From: Catajapyx aquilonaris
Taxonomy: Eukaryota
Direction: 5' to 3'
Assembly: GCA_000934665.2 (NCBI GenBank)
Contig: JYFJ02003559.1
Coordinates: 1 to 40,336, forward strand
DNA: 40,336 bases
The notes below the pieces were generated by a model. It was not told where the DNA came from. It saw only the letters and a list, made by a program, of their open reading frames with translations, and did not search any database. Positions 34,309 to 40,336 of this stretch are shown piece by piece. The translations under genes were made by a program, and so were the position numbers. The number at the start of each line of letters is the position of its first letter. The first letter of the stretch is position 1.

Positions 34309-35366
34309 CTACTCATTATACTGTAGAACCAGATTGAAGTGATATATCAACCACATGGCCACATGGGAGCAGATTTGAATAATGTTTCCTTTTACCTGTC
34401 CCAATGCCTGCTCCTTTGCATCCTGTCCCGCCAGTTCCTTGTCCTGTTCTTCTGCTGCCAATACTTGACCAAAGTCCTCCGCATCTGCATCCGTCTCTTG
34501 GTCCTCAGCTTCCTCTGCCTGTTCCTCTGCCGGTTCCTTCTCTGCCTGGCCAATGTCCAAGCAGCTACCATTGCTGGAATTTTCTTCAGCATCATTACAC
34601 TTCCGGACACATCATAAAACTGACATGTTTTTGAGGTCCATCCAGCCATATGCACAGCATTCCAAAACTCGTCCATCCAATTCCTGAATCAAATCCCAAA
34701 ATATAGGCAGGCCATTGTTGTCCCTTATGTGAATATTATAAAGGTCCTGTTTATTATACTGCATATAGTTACTACCTGGACAGAGCGTCAGCACCTCTGA
34801 GATAATGGTCTGTCCTTCTGTGTGTCAAGTGCCAGGTCATGGAAGAGCGACATGTGACCTCCAGCCAATTTATCATGTTATTGGCCAATTTCCCTGATCT
34901 GTGTCCGCTACTCAGGCCATTGTTGTCAGTCAGGAGAACGACCTTTTTCGATAAAAACTTACTCCGCCAGTGATAGAGAGCCCAGGCAGCGTTCATCATT
35001 TCAAAATTAGTGGCATCCGAACCACAGCTGTAAGTGAACGGATGTAGAATAATCAGATGCTGCTATTATGATGAAAGGAATGGGTATCATAATATACTTA
35101 TCTGCTATACGCGAAATGCAGGATGCAAGAAATTTTAAGCGAATTATCACTTTGATTGCCTTTAAAAAATATATTTTGTTGTTGTAGCCACTAAATTACT
35201 TATTACTATACGGAATATCTGCTGACTAGTATGAAACATACCTGTGGGTTTGCGAATAAAATTCGCAGATGACTCTTCCGGAATTCCCTTTGAAAAAGCA
35301 CATGCCTCCGGCTCTATTGCGGGAAGCGTCCACTACTACTGTCACATCATACCGATTGCGGAACAT
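34309..35366 (-). CDS. Stand-alone retrotransposon-type RNase H protein, paralog C, with intact catalytic tetrad; exons 35366-35242, 35027-34776, 34683-34396, probable last exon from 34320
   Basis: Spliced product MFRNRYDVTVVVDASRNRAGGMCFFKGNSGRVICEFYSQTHSCGSDATNFEMMNAAWALYHWRSKFLSKKVVLLTDNNGL...YLRGADALSRNWMDEFWNAV...CQFYDVSGSV. The motifs DAS (D13), E51, TDN (D76) and ADALSR (D122) are those of DIRS/Ty3-type RNase H. Two phase-2 GT-AG introns restore the frame. The frame of the tail is ambiguous (see findings). Confidence 0.8.
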
Positions 35367-35857
35367 ATTTAAGTACAATAAAATGACCGCGGGTAAGTAA
35401 CTTTTTGCATATGTAAATTATGTTTTTAGGCGGAGTAAAAAAAAAGAGTCCATCCACGACCAGATTATTTATTGCAGCAGCTATATACTCTCGGTGCTAA
35501 GTAACACAATCATACAGTATTCTACATAATAATAAGTAGAGTCCTACATTACTGCCTTTGCCCTAATGGTTCAGGGCTTACAATCCTGGGTGATTGATTC
35601 ACCCACGGCTCCCGTGAACCTGCAGCACCTAAGGGTGGGTTTTGGTGCATAATAAATACAGTTTATAGTAGAAGAGTAGATACAGTAAATCCAGAACAAG
35701 TGATTGATAGACTAAGTGTTGCGTATTGTACTTAATGTTGTTGGTGACAATGAATAACAAGGATCAACAATATATTTGTCCTGTGTTCTTGGATTTACTG
35801 TCAGCCACTCAACATCAGCTGTGCATTCATATTCATATTACATGTACTCTTGAAGAA

Positions 35858-36328
35858 CTAATGACCACATGCTTTCACAACGCTTATGTTCTCTGAAATG
35901 TCACTATATGCCTGGTTGTCCATAGTAGGTTGCAGATTGTCCAAGAACCAGAAGAAAATTTGGGAGTTCTTCTTCGGATCTTGTTTCCAAACTGGAAGGC
36001 GGACTGCTGCCTCCAAATACCCAGCACTTGTAGGTTGGGATTTGGACGCAATCGTGATGCTGCAGCGGTACTTCCTCTCTAGAAACGTCTTCGTTGGCTC
36101 CTTCACGTCATCTGCGGCGTAAACAGTGACGCACCGACCTTTGACATGTCTGCGCCAGAAGTGGATCGCTGTTGACAGGTTGTCCAATAGGTCCATGGCA
36201 TTGCCCAGTTGTTTGCTGTGGTAAAACTCGCAATAACGAGTGTCCTGGCTTTGGTAAACGCAATACCCTCCTGCAAAACTGCCTTTTATGGCAATCCCAA
36301 CTGCCACATCTTCCACTATCTGAAACAT
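35858..36328 (-). CDS. RNase H-fold paralog B, 156 aa, intronless CDS, catalytic residues lost
   Basis: Colinear with paralogs A and C: MF start, AGGYCVY, CEFY, N..TAIHFWR, VTVY, YLEAA, YSDISENI. The aligned catalytic positions are A/L/A/V. AATAAA at 35473-35468. Confidence 0.72.
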   Translation of the reverse strand: MFQIVEDVAVGIAIKGSFAGGYCVYQSQDTRYCEFYHSKQLGNAMDLLDNLSTAIHFWRRHVKGRCVTVYAADDVKEPTKTFLERKYRCSITIASKSQPTSAGYLEAAVRLPVWKQDPKKNSQIFFWFLDNLQPTMDNQAYSDISENISVVKACGH

Positions 36329-36539
36329 GCTGCTACTTGCACAAATTCTCTACGACAACTAAAGTCGATGTTGATCAATCCACCTGGAAAAGCAATGATT
36401 TAAAGTGTAGCTTTTAACTCGATTAAATTGCAGAAATCAGTCTCGGGAGAATCGAGGTAAATAAAAAATACACGCAACACAGCTTGCATTCGGAATTGTT
36501 TTATTGACCACAGTTATATTGGTCAAGGCCAGTTTTAAA

Positions 36540-37172
36540 TTAAGATTTGCAAGATGTGAACCCGTAAATGATGAGAACCAGGATAAGAAGTAGGCCTAAA
36601 GCAATGGCAGCGATGCACAACTTCCTCCTCAGTGCCCTCCAGGTTTGATATGACCCCCTGACGTCAACGCTATCAGACACATCTCGAAACTTGCATTCTG
36701 GCAGGACCTTCTCCACAGCCGAATAAAAGTGATACATATTCTGACTGTGGCCAGCATCTCCACGTGACAATTGCTTGATGGCCACCAGATATGGGTTGTC
36801 TGAAGGTGTTGTCCGGAGATCTATGACGCAGGCAAAGTTTTCTTGTGCTTCCAAACTAGCCCTGAACCTTCGTAGTTCTCGAGCCGATGGATTCAGAATG
36901 GACATAAGCCCTTGGGAGTCGCTGAGAAGAACCATCTGGGTCTTCTCCTTGGCCGCCATAATCGGCCGCCAATGTCGAAGTGCAACAATCGCATTTCCGG
37001 TCTGATGTTCCAGAGGATCTTCAGACAGAAGTTGATGGCTCTTGTGGTAGAATTCGCAATGGGACGCACCGCGATGGTGGTAGACACAAAGGGCAGCCAG
37101 ACACTCCCTGGTGCTGTCAACCGCTATGGTGACTTCATACTGATCATCTTCACCAAGTTCTCTGCAAAACAT
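36540..37172 (-). CDS. RNase H-fold paralog A, 210 aa, intronless CDS, with a C-terminal transmembrane anchor
   Basis: YEVTIAVDS, CEFY, NAIVALRHWR, MVLLSDSQGL, YLVAIKQLSR and CKFRDVSDSV align to paralog C. The tetrad reads D/Q/D/K. It ends RALRRK-LCIAAIALGLLLILVLIIYGF-TSCKS. AATAAA at 36505-36500. Confidence 0.8.
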   Translation of the reverse strand: MFCRELGEDDQYEVTIAVDSTRECLAALCVYHHRGASHCEFYHKSHQLLSEDPLEHQTGNAIVALRHWRPIMAAKEKTQMVLLSDSQGLMSILNPSARELRRFRASLEAQENFACVIDLRTTPSDNPYLVAIKQLSRGDAGHSQNMYHFYSAVEKVLPECKFRDVSDSVDVRGSYQTWRALRRKLCIAAIALGLLLILVLIIYGFTSCKS

Positions 37173-39423
37173 AGCTGCTCAAGAAGTGCGCAATGGTAAG
37201 CTATACGTCACTGCCAGACTTAGCACGCAAAATGTTATTGTGACGTGATAAGTAAGCGGAAAAAAATCTCACGGTGTATTACACACATGATTGTGTACAT
37301 ATGCAGAGTTTTGCTAATTTTCCTGACACACATTAATACTTACGAACTTTTATCACTCTCGGCACTATGATTTCCGCCTATGGAAACCAACAAATTGCTG
37401 TCGTCCGACATGACCAACTCTGCCTCTCTGCCTGTCATCGAGTACCTTATCGCTATCACCATAGAAATATTATCTAATCTTAATCCCAGGTTCGTTACCC
37501 TGCAAAAGTACATATAGCCAGTAATAATACGTTACAACCATTGCGCCAAATTTGCTCCTATCCCTCAAATTACAATTAATCATTAAAAGAAGGTCATACC
37601 AACCTGCCTTGGCCAAGTCGTTGAAAAGTCATCAGTCAGGATTGGTTAGGTTAGTTTTTTTGTAATTTTTTTTTTTCAAAAATAGTGAAACTCATAGTGG
37701 GGCATATCTTTCACCGCAAAACAGGTGCCGCTTGTGTTGGGTGAACTCAAAAAGGGTAGTTGAGACTTCCCCAATCGATATGGGGCCTGTCACCCCTGGA
37801 ATATTTTGTTGCCCCCTCCATCCCCCTATACTCCCCACTTTCCACCCGCGCAGGTTGCTGCTCCATGCGATTAATAATTTTCCAGTCGGCTGCTGCGTCT
37901 GATTCTACCCTGTACATACCCTGGTGTAGCTCCAGTTACTATATACGCCCCTGCCATTTGTACAAAGGATCAATAACGTTGCGGGCTTTTCATCTGAAAG
38001 TGCAGCATGCGGCATATTTTCCACGCTGTAATGACAGTTGAGAGAGGGGGAAAAAATTGTGGGAAAATGCGTTTTCACAGCGGAAAAGGAGGCCATTTCT
38101 TATAACGAATATTTTTTAAAAAAACTGGATGCAAATTGTAATTGCAAACGTTCGGACGTGCCTTGACTTTTCGTTTCCGTCTTTTGTACGCGACGGGATG
38201 CCTTAATTAACGGGTTGCGTTGTATTCTAATATCGACTTACTTTTAGCCCTTGGACTGGTCTATAGTCTTGTAACACACGCAGGGGTTGTGTCATTCGGA
38301 CCTTTTATTTTATTCCTTTCTATTATTACATTTTGCAAAATATGCAATTACTTGCCCAATACTTTTTTAATATGCTTTTCTCTTATCACGGAAAAGTAGG
38401 AGCCCTAATTTGCAATAACGTATTCAAAGCTATTGTTGAGAAATATTATGCAATGTGACTTTAAGATCGGTTTTATTTTAATTTACCATTACTTGTTGCA
38501 GCGTATACAATGTATGAATACCTGTAATTCAGTTTGGTCATAATCTTCGACAATCGAGTCACGCGATGTGATTGTTAGAGAATTGAATCTAGCATTTTCC
38601 CGTAAGTGAGAATATGTTATAAATATCTCAAGGGGATTACTTATAAAGATATACTTTACACTCACAAAGTATACGCGTCAAGGACTACCCTACATGTCCG
38701 ATCGGATCAGTTCGTGCAAAAATGTATGAGTGATAATGATCCTGAGCAGTCAGGACATGATCCCTTTAAAAAGGGTGCAGCAGGTGATGCCTTGATCACG
38801 TAACGGATCAATGTGGCAGCCAACCAGCAAGCAAGGCTTATTCGTGTCATGAATGCTGCGGAGTTGTCGCCGCGCTGCTTATTAAATGTTTCATAATGTA
38901 CGGCTGGGTGTATAGCCTCACTTTTATGACCTGGGAGGAAGGGAAATGGGGTGCAATGAGGGTGAAGGGTGGAAAAAAGGAGTAAGCGCACTCGGCGCTC
39001 CATCAATAACAATAACAAGAGGAATAATTATGATGGTCGATAGCATCGTCGCGTAGTGATCCATCGAGGATCGTCCGTCGCTGGAAGCTGTGAAACGGAG
39101 GCTGGCTCCTGGCTGGAACCTCTGGAAGCAAGCTGTGCGGGGGCTGCAGGCGAAGGTGGTTCAAGGTACGCACGCCCACACGCTTGCTGCTGACCCTGCC
39201 ATGGAGCCTGCCAGCTGAGGGGACACTCCGGGATGTGGCCTCCTGCTCTCCCTTCCCGCTTGTCCAGGTCATGTGCGGTTCCAGGCCGACCATGAGTGGG
39301 GCTAAGAAGAAGCGGAAGGGAGGGCAGCAGAAGCAGTGAAGAGGATTCAGGGAGGGAAATGTTGGCCAAGGACCACCACACCTGAAGACAGCAATCGTGG
39401 TCCCAATAGGAGAAGGAGGGAGG

Positions 39424-39920
39424 ATGGCTGACGTCCCCAGCACTTGTAACGGAAGCAAGGCATACTTCATGGGTCACTCCATCTTTGGGCACACTGGCCT
39501 CATCAATGACCTGGCAGACTTCACCCTCATGGACCAGGCCATGCAGCCACCACTGTTCCCAGCAGCCAAGGGAGTGGAAGCAGCTGTGGTATCCTGGCCC
39601 GTCCCCAGCGCCAAGGAAGAGGTGAACAGGAGCGAGCACAGCCTGACCCCTTCTGAGGTGAATGCAATGCTGGAGAAGCTGATCAGGAAGAACGGGCTGA
39701 AGGTCAAGATAGTGTCCCCTGACCCGCCACCGCCGCCGCCACCACCACCACCCGTCACACTGCCCACTGTGCTGCAGCAGGATATGACTGTCACAGCAGT
39801 GGCGCCAGTGGTGACCCCTCAGGTTGTGACAACTAATGATGCAAATGCAAACACAAGTACAAATATGCTACCTCAAATTGGGTGTCAATCATGGAGGTCG
39901 CAGGAGAACAGCAGTGGGCA
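39424..39920 (+). CDS. Probable coding exon of an unidentified Pro-rich protein, continuing beyond the window
   Basis: GC3-rich open frame from aggATGG (39424) containing a P10 tract and ending at a perfect donor GTAAGT (39921). An acceptor CCCGCTTGTCCAG lies upstream near 39267. No domain recognised. Confidence 0.45.
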
Positions 39921-40276
39921 GTAAGTATGTTAAAGTACACGTATAACCTCTACACATTAAAGTGTGTCAAATGTAACAAATTATGGTTGGTTGGATCAAT
40001 ACATGTAATATGCAGTCAGCATATCTATGGAGTAATGCATAAGAAAAACTTGCTATCAGTATCGACATATCCTGTGCTGAAGTCATCCAGGAAGGAAACA
40101 AAGAGCCCAAGGATTCATTTTTGCCATGCTTCCTGATAAATTGTATAGTACAGGATGTGCTGAGAAATATATCTGACCTTGATTCTCACAAGTCACATAG
40201 GCCTACAATATGAAAGAAGCGTATTATATGTTGCATAATAAATGACTTTCTACAAACTGATAGGATGACATACCAT

Positions 40277-40336
40277 CAGGGCCGCATTAAGGTTTTTTGC
40301 GCCCCAAGCCCGAAGAAGAAATGCGCCCCCTCCCCC
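40277..40336. mobile_element. Left end of a probable hAT-like MITE, truncated by the window end
   Basis: Begins CAGGGCCGCATTAAGG, followed by repeated GCGCCCC motifs running into a C-tract. No partner TIR or TSD is visible. Confidence 0.4.

Noticed and set aside
34612..34723. Alternative exon 3 of paralog C using the acceptor near 34724 (RDNNGLPIFW...)
   Set aside because: It hits TGA at 34614-34612 and loses homology to paralogs A and B; the 34683 acceptor restores the homology.
35560..35640. tRNA/SINE-like appearance in the 3' region of paralog B
   Set aside because: No proper B-box or cloverleaf could be built.
34300..37200. The RNase H cluster as a simple decayed DIRS/gypsy element
   Set aside because: Introns, separate ATG/stop/polyA signals, three diverged tandem copies with open frames, and no RT, gag, recombinase or LTR argue against it.

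Overview
Eukaryotic, arthropod-like genomic DNA, judged from the short 50-100 nt introns, a ZAD domain and a dusky-family ZP protein. From left to right: (1) the 5' part of a ZAD (zf-AD) gene on the minus strand, whose intron holds a piggyBac-type foldback MITE nested inside an older TA-flanked MITE; (2) about 15 kb of mostly non-coding DNA with small repeats, an (ATT)n tract and candidate promoters; (3) a complete dusky-like ZP-domain cuticle gene (+, about 597 aa) whose signal-peptide exon uses a GC-AG intron; (4) a convergent multi-exon ERICH6/FAM194-like gene (-); (5) a complete 5-exon apolipoprotein D-like lipocalin (-); (6) a compact head-to-tail trio of paralogous stand-alone genes built on a retrotransposon-type (DIRS/Ty3-like) RNase H domain; (7) an unidentified exon and a MITE end at the right edge. 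The RNase H trio (34.3-37.2 kb) is the most unusual feature. One copy is spliced and keeps the full D-E-D-D catalytic tetrad, one is a soluble copy that has lost all four residues, and one is predicted inactive and carries a C-terminal membrane anchor. No other retroelement parts are nearby. All calls come from manual reading and motif recognition; no database searches were run.
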